From an uncultured Methanomicrobiales archaeon (GTDB taxonomy: Archaea; Halobacteriota; Methanomicrobia; Methanomicrobiales; Methanospirillaceae), in contig CAVWXH010000003.1 in assembly GCA_963758915.1 (NCBI GenBank), positions 377,906-441,905 on the forward strand: DNA of 64,000 bases. Direction: 5' to 3'. The position numbers and the translations under genes are program-made. Below are positions 42,065 through 52,068 of the stretch, piece by piece. Within the stretch, counting starts at the first letter, position 1; each line of letters begins with the position of its first letter. The notes under the pieces are model-generated. The model worked only from the letters and a program-made list of their open reading frames with translations. It was not told where the DNA came from and did no database searches.

Positions 42065-42417
42065 GGCTTTGTTGAAACCCTTCGGTGTCATAAAAAATCA
42101 GAGGGAAATACGAAGACAGGAGGGGGTTTCACCCCATCCCTGCCCCACCCCCATTAAGATATTCTTCGGGCAGGGTTTCCCGAAGGTTCATTAAATTCAG
42201 AGTATTTTTGGGTAGTCTCTATCCCAACCAGGATCACCAAGGCGGCGGGGCGGAGCCCCGGGAGCGTGACGAAATTTTGGAATTCCCAATCTATAAGATA
42301 GATTTGAGAGGATTTCCCATGAAAATATCAAAACGGACCCCAATATATAGAATTTTGAACAAGTTATTTTCATAAACCGGGTGCGAACTTCCCGTTCATG
42401 AGTGTTTCTACAGAGCG
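42065..42417 (+). mobile_element. About 350-bp MITE (long variant)
   Basis: Ends GGCTTTGTTGAAAC / GTTTCTACAGAGC; first ~250 nt closely match 29561-29812; no TSD visible. Confidence 0.8.
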
Positions 42418-42640
42418 TGCTATGAGCCTCTGGCTCATAGATGGGCATGAAAAAGGTGGCCTTTCAGATTGTTTTGCCGGAGTTTTTCATACCAGCCGAT
42501 TTTTTTAAAACAATATTCAGATCCACATTGGTTATCTGTGACAATGATAATTGTTGTCCCGGTTACAAGATACCCCCAATAGGCATTAAACCTATAAATA
42601 GGCTTATTTTATGGTTAAAATGGTAATCGACGTCTCACCC

Positions 42641-42669
42641 GTGATTTGTGGCACAGATGTTCAAATCAC
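42641..42669 (+). repeat. GTGATTTG-N13-CAAATCAC hairpin repeat
   Basis: GTGATTTGTGGCACAGATGTTCAAATCAC. Confidence 0.8.
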
Positions 42670-42711
42670 TTAAAATATTGAAATCAGGGTCTCCCTGCCC
42701 TTACCTTGGAT

Positions 42712-43287
42712 TCAGGCCAGGATATATCGCCCCACCCGGTTCCGATAATCCGAATATTCCTGTCCAAATACCTTCTCCATATGGTTCTCCTCCGCGAGTA
42801 CTATGGAATGATGGATAGCAATCACAAATACTGCAAGAAAAATAACAGCCGGGTTCAATGTATAGAGGCTGGGTGCAACCATCGTTGCATACATACCGAC
42901 ATACATCGGGTTTCTGCTCAACCTGAATAATCCGTCGACCTTGAGGCTGGTGTGTTCCTTTGGTTTCCCCAGGCGGAATGAACCCCCCATTTCGAACCTT
43001 CCGATGTATAGAAGTGCAAATCCGAAAAACCATAATGTCAGGCCGGTTACCTGGAGGACGGGGGGTGCTTCAAAAAACGACAGGCTGATCCCCCAGACTG
43101 AAAGGACCATCACCCCCCAAATGGCAAGAATCGAGTATTTACTGAAGTAAAACAGCGTCCTGTTTATCGGGGCCACCCCGTCCTGTTCAATATTGTTACG
43201 CAGAAATAACGCCCCTCCGCCGAATAAAACTACCAGGAAGCCAAGGGGAAGGATAGTTACTGCAAGAGCCGCAATCATGTCAGTCAC
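42712..43287 (-). CDS. Isoprenylcysteine carboxyl methyltransferase / PEMT family membrane protein
   Basis: GLFRLSRNPMYVG, EENHMEKVFGQEYSDY..RVGRY. Confidence 0.9.
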   Translation of the reverse strand: MTDMIAALAVTILPLGFLVVLFGGGALFLRNNIEQDGVAPINRTLFYFSKYSILAIWGVMVLSVWGISLSFFEAPPVLQVTGLTLWFFGFALLYIGRFEMGGSFRLGKPKEHTSLKVDGLFRLSRNPMYVGMYATMVAPSLYTLNPAVIFLAVFVIAIHHSIVLAEENHMEKVFGQEYSDYRNRVGRYILA

Positions 43288-43318
43288 ACCAGAATTTGTC
43301 CTGCTCTTTTTTCATCCT

Positions 43319-43732
43319 TCAGGAAATCCTGTAGAATCCCTGGACCAGGAGCCAGATGCCGATGAGAATTAAAAATCCGGCAATGGCATACGGCCAGATT
43401 GCAGCAGGCGCATAGACAAAGCCAATCCCGATAAATACCAGGAAGGCCCCGATAAGAAGCATTGTCACATCAGTTCTTCCCGGTTGCGTGTACTCACTCC
43501 CCAGCGGTTTCCGGACGAGGGGGACCAGTCCTGAACCGAGAAATCCGAGCCCAAGCCCGACAAGGAAGCCCGAACCCACGTTATCCACGAGCAGGCCCAC
43601 GCCGAGTCCGATAAGGATACCGGCAGGAATAATGAATCCGTATGGCGGGTGTTCTTTCCCGGGTTCCGTCAACCCGTTTGTTAATTCTCTACTCTTCGTG
43701 TCTGTAATTTCAGCACAACTGTTTGTTTTCAT
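43319..43732 (-). CDS. Small 4-TM Gly-rich membrane protein
   Basis: IIPAGILIGLGVGLL...GLGLG; the upstream extension to 44203 is antisense to the HTH gene. Confidence 0.75.
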   Translation of the reverse strand: MKTNSCAEITDTKSRELTNGLTEPGKEHPPYGFIIPAGILIGLGVGLLVDNVGSGFLVGLGLGFLGSGLVPLVRKPLGSEYTQPGRTDVTMLLIGAFLVFIGIGFVYAPAAIWPYAIAGFLILIGIWLLVQGFYRIS

Positions 43733-43843
43733 CGAATCATTCCTCATGGAACTGATTAAAGAAAAGGCAGGGAATGATGTTATGAATTGAGCCGTACATG
43801 TATGGTCATATTTATATCCCATCCATGCACCAGATCGGGTTGT

Positions 43844-44479
43844 ATGAAGAAAATGACGGTCCGGCTTTCCGGGGATCTTTTCGATTACTGTAAATCGTAC
43901 GGCCAGGTTATCGAAAGATTCGAGGTGATCTCCCTCTTCAATATGGTTGACGATATACACAGCGAGGTGTGTAAGTTTACCATCAGGGAAGGGATCCCTG
44001 TCGATCAGATTCAGTGCAATTATGTGTCGAATCTCCTGGTGCTTCAGAACAAGGGTCGTGAATATACCTGCCTCGTGAAGGGAACATTTTCTGAAGATAT
44101 TACACGGTTCCTCCAGACATATGGTTCGAAGTTTGAGCCCCCTGTTGTCTTCGAGAACGATTGCCTGACATTCAATATGGTCGGGACTCCCGAGGACTTC
44201 CATACGTTCGTTTCCGATGCCACAGAGAAAGGATGGGGTCTTGAGATCCTGTCAGTCTGCGATTATAGTCCCGGGGTCAGCGGGGTCTTTGATGTCCTCA
44301 CACCCCGGCAAAAGAAGATCCTGATCGAGTCCTACCGCCTGGGGTATTTCGACCACCCCCGCCGGCTCAACGCGGGCGAGCTCGCAGAAAAGATGGGAAT
44401 TAACAAGAGCACGCTGCTGGAGCACATTCACAAAGCGGAGAAACGACTCATCGGGCAAATTATTGCACAGGTCGCATGA
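43844..44479 (+). CDS. Bat-type (HTH_10) transcriptional regulator
   Basis: LTPRQKKIL...GYFDHPR...ELAEKMGINKSTLLEHIHKAEKRL. Confidence 0.9.
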   Translation: MKKMTVRLSGDLFDYCKSYGQVIERFEVISLFNMVDDIHSEVCKFTIREGIPVDQIQCNYVSNLLVLQNKGREYTCLVKGTFSEDITRFLQTYGSKFEPPVVFENDCLTFNMVGTPEDFHTFVSDATEKGWGLEILSVCDYSPGVSGVFDVLTPRQKKILIESYRLGYFDHPRRLNAGELAEKMGINKSTLLEHIHKAEKRLIGQIIAQVA

Positions 44480-44721
44480 GGGATACTTCGACCTGGAACA
44501 CTTGCAGATTCTTTCAAAAATTATTATTTTTTTAACATGAATACCCAATATTAGGCCTTAAATACTAAAATTACGTCTTTTTATCGCTAAAATAGTAAAT
44601 GGGCCTCATCCAGACTGCCCGACTGAGCCCTATAATTCATTATTTTTCTATTCGCTTAAAACTGGTTGCAACAAACGGCATTAAAACGAAATAATTTTGC
44701 TCTTGCCGCAGAACAGCCGGG

Positions 44722-45453
44722 TCACATCATATTATTGACCAGCTGGCATTCGTTGCACACGTCAGGGATATCATGGATCGAGATATACCCCGATGACACG
44801 AGTGCCTGGAAGGTCTTTTCACTGAGTCTCGGGATATTGAAAATATGCTCATCGACCTCCGATCCCATGCACGTCTCGAAATAATCACATTTTTTGCAAT
44901 TCATGGTGAGCATTGGGCAGGGCTCTTCCGGGGAATGAAGGGTAGCATCAACACTGTCCAGTTTTGATTCAAATTGTTCTCTGAACTTCACGACTTCCTC
45001 CGTGCAATCCACCGTTGTAAGCAGATGGGGGCCGGGGTAAAACCGGAATTCCTGGCAATCACCGGGGTATAAGCCATGTCTTCGAGGTAGTCCTGCTTCT
45101 GCTGCACATCGGATTTTACTTCAACGAGGTCCCAGGAGTCCCCGTTCCGGATGAGGATATCGGCCCTTGCCACGTAATTCCCGGTGATGAACGTCCCTTC
45201 AAAAATGACATTGATACGGGGGTCTTCCATGAGTTCACGGGTCAGTGAGGCGGCCGTTTTAGAGTCGGATGCATAAACAAATACACCGCCGGGATATAAC
45301 TGCTGGGCCAGTGCCCCGATCTTTTTTTCCCTGTTCCATCCGGAACAGCACGTCAGGAGTGAGATTCTCCCTGGTTTTTCCATTATGGAGCCACCAGCCG
45401 AGCTTGGGGCAGAATATTGTTTTCAGGAAGACGTGTTTGGAAAGCCCGGGCAT
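44722..45453 (-). pseudogene. Truncated DUF2779 paralog fused to the 3' end of the zinc-finger micro-gene
   Basis: Three fragments homologous to 9165-8424, then a junction at 44760/44761 into VCNECQLVNNMM*, identical to the end of 6321..6461. Confidence 0.88.
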
Positions 45454-45749
45454 TGCATTGAGAATTGGCAGGTAAGGAGGTTAATGGTTATGGGGATTGA
45501 TAAGAGCGGGTTACAACTGGGACATCCTTGGTCTGTAATAAGGCACAAGGGCCCAGGGGATTGCCAAACGGGGGAATGGGAAGCATGGAAATTAGATTGT
45601 TCGAACAGGAGGGTTACCTTCGCCTTCGCGGAGCGGATGAATTCCCGGGTGTTAAAACCCGGAGACCACGGGTGAGAAGAACTTATATCGTCACGTTCAG
45701 GAGAATAGTGTATAGCTTGCATCCCAATCAACCCGGGAGGAGGACTGAC

Positions 45750-46220
45750 ATGGACGTAACGATTCTCTGGCTGGTTCCAATTTCCTACGGTATCCACATG
45801 ATCGAGGAGGCCCCACGGTTTGTCCCGTGGGCAAAGCGATATTTTTCTGCACCGACCTCATTCGCCCAGTTCGTTCTTGGAAACGCAATTTTCATGGCAT
45901 ATGTGCTTATTTCAGTATCTCTTGCAATATTTTATCCAGGTGAATGGACGCTTGTCCTCGGGTTGGCCACCGCTGCATGGATATTTTCCAATTTCTTAAT
46001 CCATGCGTCCTTAACCCTCTATACCGGGGAATATTCTCCCGGTGTGGTAACGGCAAGTGCGATATATGCCCCTGTTGCCGTGTATATTTACTCTGGCTTT
46101 ATTTCGTCCGGAATACTCAGCACGGTAGATATCATCGTGTCCATTATCATCGGTTTTGGTGTCATGTATGTTCCAACGCTGATACAGGTATGGAGAGGGA
46201 AGAAAAACCACCTTATTTGA
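45750..46220 (+). CDS. HXXEE domain membrane protein
   Basis: HMIEE, N..IH, YSPGVVT; SD GGAGG. Confidence 0.9.
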   Translation: MDVTILWLVPISYGIHMIEEAPRFVPWAKRYFSAPTSFAQFVLGNAIFMAYVLISVSLAIFYPGEWTLVLGLATAAWIFSNFLIHASLTLYTGEYSPGVVTASAIYAPVAVYIYSGFISSGILSTVDIIVSIIIGFGVMYVPTLIQVWRGKKNHLI

Positions 46221-46481
46221 TTTCGCTCCCGGAATAGGTTGCATGGACCTGCCGTGTTACCGGGGGAACATCATTTCAGACGTTAAGAAGCCTCTTTGTC
46301 AAACCTGGCGTTTTAATCTGGGTGATTCGAAAAGTGGGGACTGGAAACAGAATACATTTTCGATATCTGGCGGGATATCATGCATGGATGATTGAAACCC
46401 TCCTCTGCAGGGATGCCGGTGAACAGCCCCGGCCGGATTAAATCAATGGGCATATGAACCTGAATTGCTGAATCAATTCAT

Positions 46482-47060
46482 ATGAGATCCATTATTCTGA
46501 CATTAGCCATCCTTGCACTGGTCCTTGCTATCGCCGGGGCCGGATGTACCACGACGAATCCCCCGGCCACCACACCAGCCGCAACACCTACGCTGTCTCC
46601 GACTGCCATCCCGACATCCACCGTGACGGTGAAGCCCACGGCAAACCTTTCTGCCGATGAGCAGCGGTTGTTCGCGTTTGTCTCCGAGGGGGTCGTATAC
46701 AGCCGTGAACACGGGAAGCAGGCCTCGCTCGCAGAATTCAATAACCCGAACGGCTCGTTCGTCCGGGGAGACCTGTACATATTCGCAGCCGATTACAACG
46801 GGACATCCCTCGCATCCATTGCCCTGCCCCAGCGGGTGAATACGTCTTTCTACAACGATGTCGATGTGACCGGCCAGTATTACATGCGGAACAAGATCAA
46901 CATCTCACGGAGCGGCGGCGGGTTTATCGTCATCCATTTCCCGAATCCCGCCCATAACTTAACGCCAGAACCGAAGCTCTGCTACGTGCACGATGTTGAC
47001 GGGACCTACTGGATTGGGGCAGGCATGTATAACCAGTCAAACGTGACGGCCCGACCGTGA
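46482..47060 (+). CDS. Lipoprotein with a stand-alone single Cache domain
   Basis: Lipobox GAGC; Thr/Pro linker; FNNPNGSFVRGDLYIFA, D..G, SGGGF, PKLCYV..VDGTYWIGAGMY. Confidence 0.88.
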   Translation: MRSIILTLAILALVLAIAGAGCTTTNPPATTPAATPTLSPTAIPTSTVTVKPTANLSADEQRLFAFVSEGVVYSREHGKQASLAEFNNPNGSFVRGDLYIFAADYNGTSLASIALPQRVNTSFYNDVDVTGQYYMRNKINISRSGGGFIVIHFPNPAHNLTPEPKLCYVHDVDGTYWIGAGMYNQSNVTARP

Positions 47061-47729
47061 GACCTGCTAACTGATGCTCCGCCTTGAGACCTGGAAGAAT
47101 TGCCTGGAAGCAGGAAGACCGGCAGGTGTGGCCATCTGCCCGGCATTCCCCCTGCCACAAAGAAACCATCAGGGAGGAATATACAATATCCGGCAATTTA
47201 AGCCATTTTTTTAAAAAATACCAGAATGCACCCGGGTAACATAGCAACAGGATAGTAACCGATGTGAAAACCCTCCGCCCTGACAAAAAAGTCGATCAGG
47301 GAGGATTTCCAGAGGGACCTGTATTGCCCTGGGGTCCGGGGAAATGTTCGGGAAGATACCGGTTAAGGTCTCGCTGTTTTATTTAAAAAGACAATACGAT
47401 GGTGGATTATATTCCGGATGCCGAGTCGGTTAATGCTTTTACTGAGTGGATGAGCAGATTGATCAAGTCCATCCATGCTGAGCAGTTTGTGGCCTGTCCC
47501 GGACAGAACTGCAGATATTGTGAGGTTCCCTTTGTGAGGCACAGGAGAGGGATTTGGAAGTGACAGGGCTGTCTTGTGATGGACTAGTCGCTTCATTACT
47601 TTTTTACTATGCGACTATTATAACAACCCGTTCCAAGATTATACCATTGATGAATCCTAAAAGCCGCTCACGAATGACCCAAAAGCATATTATTCGTATC
47701 GAATGATCGGATAATGGGGGATAGATGCG

Positions 47730-48641
47730 ATGCCACGATTAGTGCCACTTTATCTCGAATGTATCAGAACAGGAAGTGAAGGGTTAACAGAGGAACCATA
47801 TTTATGCATTTATCTTAACGAGGAACGTGTCATGGTCTGGGAACCTCGTAATATGCAAAGTGGTGACACTGAGGACCTTGATATACCCTATACTCTGGAG
47901 GGATGGCAGATCGGGATTATTCTTCGTGAAGATGACCCTGCTGATGGCCAGACGAAGTACGATGACAATCTTGGAGGTATTCAGGTGAGGGGTCCCTGGC
48001 CAGGGAATCCGGGAGAATTGAGTTATTATCCAGATAGACCCCGTATGTCCGATACATCGGACCTCTTGGGAATGAGTCGAACAGAAGAATTAAGGGAACT
48101 CGACTTGACCAGGTGTAATCGATCTCTCTACTCGGGACTTCACTATATCACGTTACCGAACCATGAAGGGAGTTATGATCATGACGAGAGACGGTACAGG
48201 TTATACTTCTATTTATTTTCGTATCGGGAGGACCCATATCTCCAACAACCGTATTGCCTGGAACTTATCTCTCTTGAATGTGAGAATGCCCAGGAATGGA
48301 AAGATTATCCCTATATCAAGGTAAATGGCCGCAAGGTATGGGGGCCATACCGGATGAGGGATGTCGGGGGGGATAATAATTTCCGACGCATAGATATCAA
48401 CCAGATTATTATCTATGAAGTCACCTCCGTCATGTTATGGGAACAGGATACGTCCAGCAGGGATGATCTATTTGGCGAATTTGAGATCCGGATAGGATCG
48501 GAATTTGACTTTACCAGGGAACACCAACACACGTTTACCTATAGCAGCAAGGGGACTGCCCGCTACACCCTCACCTATAGAGTGAGGCACCGGGTGGGGC
48601 CGGACATCGATGGGAATTATTGGGAGTGTCCTGACACATGA
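47730..48641 (+). CDS. Hypothetical protein with two repeated C2-like beta-sandwich units
   Basis: LEC..EEPYL...LREDD...DDNLG and LEC..KDYPYI...LWEQD..DDLFG, each followed by xYxLxY/F. Confidence 0.75.
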   Translation: MPRLVPLYLECIRTGSEGLTEEPYLCIYLNEERVMVWEPRNMQSGDTEDLDIPYTLEGWQIGIILREDDPADGQTKYDDNLGGIQVRGPWPGNPGELSYYPDRPRMSDTSDLLGMSRTEELRELDLTRCNRSLYSGLHYITLPNHEGSYDHDERRYRLYFYLFSYREDPYLQQPYCLELISLECENAQEWKDYPYIKVNGRKVWGPYRMRDVGGDNNFRRIDINQIIIYEVTSVMLWEQDTSSRDDLFGEFEIRIGSEFDFTREHQHTFTYSSKGTARYTLTYRVRHRVGPDIDGNYWECPDT

Positions 48642-48701
48642 GTCAACGGGGGGCTTCCAATTATGAATGTCACTCCTACGAGTGCAATAGCAGTGACCCT
48701 G

Positions 48702-49446
48702 ATATCTCAATCACGCCCTATTATCTATAACGGTGAATCATGCGCACACTCTTTCTCTATATCCTCGATACCATGGCCGACTGGGAGCCGGGCCATGTTA
48801 TGGCCGAGCTCCGTTCCGGACGGTACTGAAAGATCCGACACTCAGGTATTCGGTTGTATGTTGCGGTAATACCTTAGACCCCGTCACCACCATGGGTGGG
48901 CTGTATTTGACACCCGAAGTCCTCATAACAGATATCTGCCCCGTCCCCGGCGACGTGCTCGTACTGCCGGGAGCAGATACCTGGCTTGATCCGGCACAGG
49001 CGCCCGCTCTCCGGGTGGCAGGCCGGTTGCTTGATGAAGGAATACTTGTCGCTGCGACCTGCGGTGCGACGCTTGGCCTCGCAAACGCCGGCCTGCTGGA
49101 CAAACGCCCGCACACCAGCAACGATCCTGCTGCCCTGAAAATGTTCTGCCCGAACTACCAGGGCGAGAATCATTATGTGAACGAACCCGCAGTGACTGAC
49201 GGCAATCTCATCACCGCAAGTGGACTTGCACCCGCAGAGTTCGCGTACCATGTATTCCGGAGCATGGACGTCATGGCACCTGCAACGCTCGAAGCCTGGC
49301 ACGGGCTTTTCACCACCCGGAAGCCCGAATATTTCTATGCCCTGATGGGATCCCTGCCTCGCCGGTAGGGATTCATGGGCATACATGGGGGGCAAACCTC
49401 GTCCTCTCAGTGATTGATGGACACGGGACCGGGATGATACCGGACC
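48702..49446 (+). repeat. About 745-bp direct repeat, copy 1
   Basis: Near-identical to 50635-51380, from ATATCTCAATCACGCCC to GATACCGGACC. Confidence 0.95.
48740..49368 (+). CDS. DJ-1/PfpI family protein, copy 1 (1-nt deletion near 48826)
   Basis: GGTACTGAAAG versus GGTACCTGAAAG in copy 2; AATCG, HTSN. Confidence 0.85.
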
Positions 49447-49624
49447 CAATAGTCAATTGCCGGAACTGATGGCACTAAGGTGCGCCGGTACTGATGTATT
49501 ACAACGAAACATTGTTGCACGGGTTTTCCGTAAGTAAACATGAACTTACACTTCGACGAGCCACCGGGCGTAGCTCAGCCGCCCCAGCCGTTGATAATCC
49601 GCCGAATATCCCGGCTGCCACACA

Positions 49625-50371
49625 TCATCGCGCCATCAGCGCGAACACACCCCATCCAAGGTATTCACGCGTGTACGTGGCGTAGCGTTTTGGTTCCAAC
49701 GTCAGTCTGGCTCTCACATCTTTCGCGAAGTCGTCGTCGGGATTCGCTTCGAGCCATCGGCGCATGGTGAGCCACTTGGCCGCTTCGTACCTGTCCCAGC
49801 CTTTCTGGTCAGCCAGAACCATTTCCACGACGTCGTAGTTGAGGTCGCCGAAAGACGCGATCAGTTCCGGGAGCATGAGAAAGTCGGAGATAGAACTGGC
49901 ATCGCATCCCCTGGCAACGTCTTCCGTCGGGGGTAACCGCTGCCAGTATGGCTCGCCGATGAGGATGATCCCTCCGGAGCAAAGACTCTTCGCCAGAAGC
50001 CCGATGGTGCCGGCGACTCCCCCACCGATCCACGTGGCACCGAGACAGGCTGCCACACCCACCTTTTCGTCGGCGACGTAGCCGGCAGCGTCGCCGTGGA
50101 TGAACTTGACCCGATCGGCGACTCCGAGTTCTTCAGCGCGGAGTTTCGCCTGCCCGGTGAACAACTGACTCATGTCGATGCCGACACCGGTGATCCCGTG
50201 ATCGCGTGCCCATGTGCACAGCATCTCGCCCGAACCGCTGCCGAGGTCGAGCACCCGGGTCCCCGGTTCCAGGCGCAACGCTGCACCGAGAGTGGCGAGA
50301 TTTTCTGGTGTGAACGGGTTATGGATGCGGTGAGCACTTTCGGTAATGTTGAAGATACGTGGAATGTCCAA
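49625..50371 (-). CDS. yjhP: YjhP-like class I SAM-dependent methyltransferase
   Basis: MDIPRIF..ES.HRIHNPFT, LDLGSGSGEMLCTWARDHG, WDRYEAAKWLTMRRWLEANPDD, GWGVFAL match bacterial YjhP as I recall it. Confidence 0.9.
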   Translation of the reverse strand: MDIPRIFNITESAHRIHNPFTPENLATLGAALRLEPGTRVLDLGSGSGEMLCTWARDHGITGVGIDMSQLFTGQAKLRAEELGVADRVKFIHGDAAGYVADEKVGVAACLGATWIGGGVAGTIGLLAKSLCSGGIILIGEPYWQRLPPTEDVARGCDASSISDFLMLPELIASFGDLNYDVVEMVLADQKGWDRYEAAKWLTMRRWLEANPDDDFAKDVRARLTLEPKRYATYTREYLGWGVFALMAR

Positions 50372-50634
50372 TTGTACAAACTCCTTTTACTAAATTGTGT
50401 AATAACTGGAATATATCCTTCGTGACGGTAGCAGATAACGGTTTTAAGTATCAGACCACAGGCTCACCGTTTTGAGTTGTTGCTTTAGCGTAAACCGGCG
50501 CGAGCAATTGGCCCGGGAAATTTTCTGCTACAACCGGAACCCGGCCAAAATTTTTTCCGGTTCATACCGGCCCCGTCGTCAATTTCCATAATTAAAGGCA
50601 CTGACAAGCGGATGGAGCATGAAAAAAAGTAGGT

Positions 50635-51380
50635 ATATCTCAATCACGCCCTATTATCTATAACGGTGAATCATGCGCACACTCTTTCTCTATATCCTCG
50701 ATACCATGGCCGACTGGGAGCCGGGCCATGTTCTGGCCGAGCTCCGTTCCGGACGGTACCTGAAAGATCCGACACTCAGGTATTCGGTTGTACTTTGCGG
50801 TAATACTTTAGACCCCGTCACCACCATGGGTGGGCTGTATTTGACACCCGAAGTCCTCATAACAGATATCTGCCCCGTCCCCGGCGACGTGCTCGTACTG
50901 CCGGGAGCAGATACCTGGCTTGATCCGGCACAGGCGCCCGCTCTCCGGGTGGCAGGCCGGTTGCTTGATGAAGGAGTACTTGTCGCTGCGATCTGCGGTG
51001 CGACGCTTGGCCTCGCAAACGCCGGCCTGCTGGACAAACGCCCGCACACCAGCAACGATCCTGCTGCCCTGAAAATGTTCTGCCCGAACTACCAGGGTGA
51101 GAATCATTATGTGAACGAACCCGCAGTGACTGACGGCAATCTCATCACCGCAAGTGGACTTGCACCCGCAGAGTTCGCGTACCATGTATTCCGGAGCCTG
51201 GACGTCATGGCACCTGCAACGCTCGAGGCCTGGCACGGGCTTTTCACCACCCGGAAGCCCGAATATTTCTATGCCCTGATGGGGTCCCTGCCTCGCCGGT
51301 AGGGATTCATGGGCATGCGTGGGGGGCAAACCTCGTCCTCTCAGTGATTGACGGACACGGAACCGGGATGATACCGGACC
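50635..51380 (+). repeat. About 745-bp direct repeat, copy 2
   Basis: See 48702-49446; differs by scattered substitutions. Confidence 0.95.
50673..51302 (+). CDS. DJ-1/PfpI family protein, copy 2 (intact)
   Basis: MADWE, VTTMGG, LPGADTW, AAICG, HTSN, DGNLITA. Confidence 0.93.
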   Translation: MRTLFLYILDTMADWEPGHVLAELRSGRYLKDPTLRYSVVLCGNTLDPVTTMGGLYLTPEVLITDICPVPGDVLVLPGADTWLDPAQAPALRVAGRLLDEGVLVAAICGATLGLANAGLLDKRPHTSNDPAALKMFCPNYQGENHYVNEPAVTDGNLITASGLAPAEFAYHVFRSLDVMAPATLEAWHGLFTTRKPEYFYALMGSLPRR

Positions 51381-51561
51381 TCTAGATTTACAAACACGGG
51401 CGAATCTCCCTCCGGAACACCAAGATAGTCTGCCCTCCACTGGCTCACATATCCTTTAAACGCAATGACGGGCACATACCAGGGAATATTAGTCTTTACA
51501 TTGACCAGGAGGAACTAATTATTTCTTTTTTCTCCGTACCGGCATAGGTTCTGCCCTCATT

Positions 51562-51955
51562 TCACAACATACTGCATTCATCTGTCTGCAGCAGTCCTGG
51601 ATACCAGCCGGAGTCGGCCTCAACCCTGACCACATTATTGCTGGCAATCCCGATCTTTCCGGCATCCTCAAACGCTTTCGGGTCTGCTGACAGGTAGACA
51701 AAGTTCCACTGGTCCTTTTCAATCTGATTCTTTATCATCGATTCAATCTGGGAGAGGTTGAATTCCGTGCTCGCATTTTCCTCCCCGTCGGTAAGGATGG
51801 CGACAATGACGTTGTCCGGCATTTCCCCCTTGTCTTCTGTCCGGCTGATCCGGCTTTTCACGTCGTTGATGGTCCTGCCGATTGCATCGAAGAGGGCGGT
51901 TGACCTACGAGGAACATAGGTCTTTGTTGTCAGTGGAGGGACGTATCCGATCCGT
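51562..51955 (-). pseudogene. 5'-truncated von Willebrand factor A domain gene
   Basis: YVPRRSTALFDAIG, ILTDGEENAS, WNFVYL; the N-terminal DxSxS part is missing. Confidence 0.75.
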
Positions 51956-52068
51956 GATCAGACCACAGGCTCAGGCATTGCCATGCCAACCTGAATTATT
52001 CATCGTTTCAACCTGAAGGGAATTCTCGTATCGTCATTGATAAATATTTGAGAAATGCAGAGAAATGT

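Noticed and set aside
49566-49580. GGGCGTAGCTCAGCC resembles a tRNA 5' end
   Set aside because: No D-loop GG, anticodon arm, TTCRA loop or matching acceptor stem follows.
41436-51380. Integron cassette array (many cassette-type small genes)
   Set aside because: There is no integrase, gene orientations are mixed, and no RYYYAAC...GTTRRRY attC sites were seen between genes.
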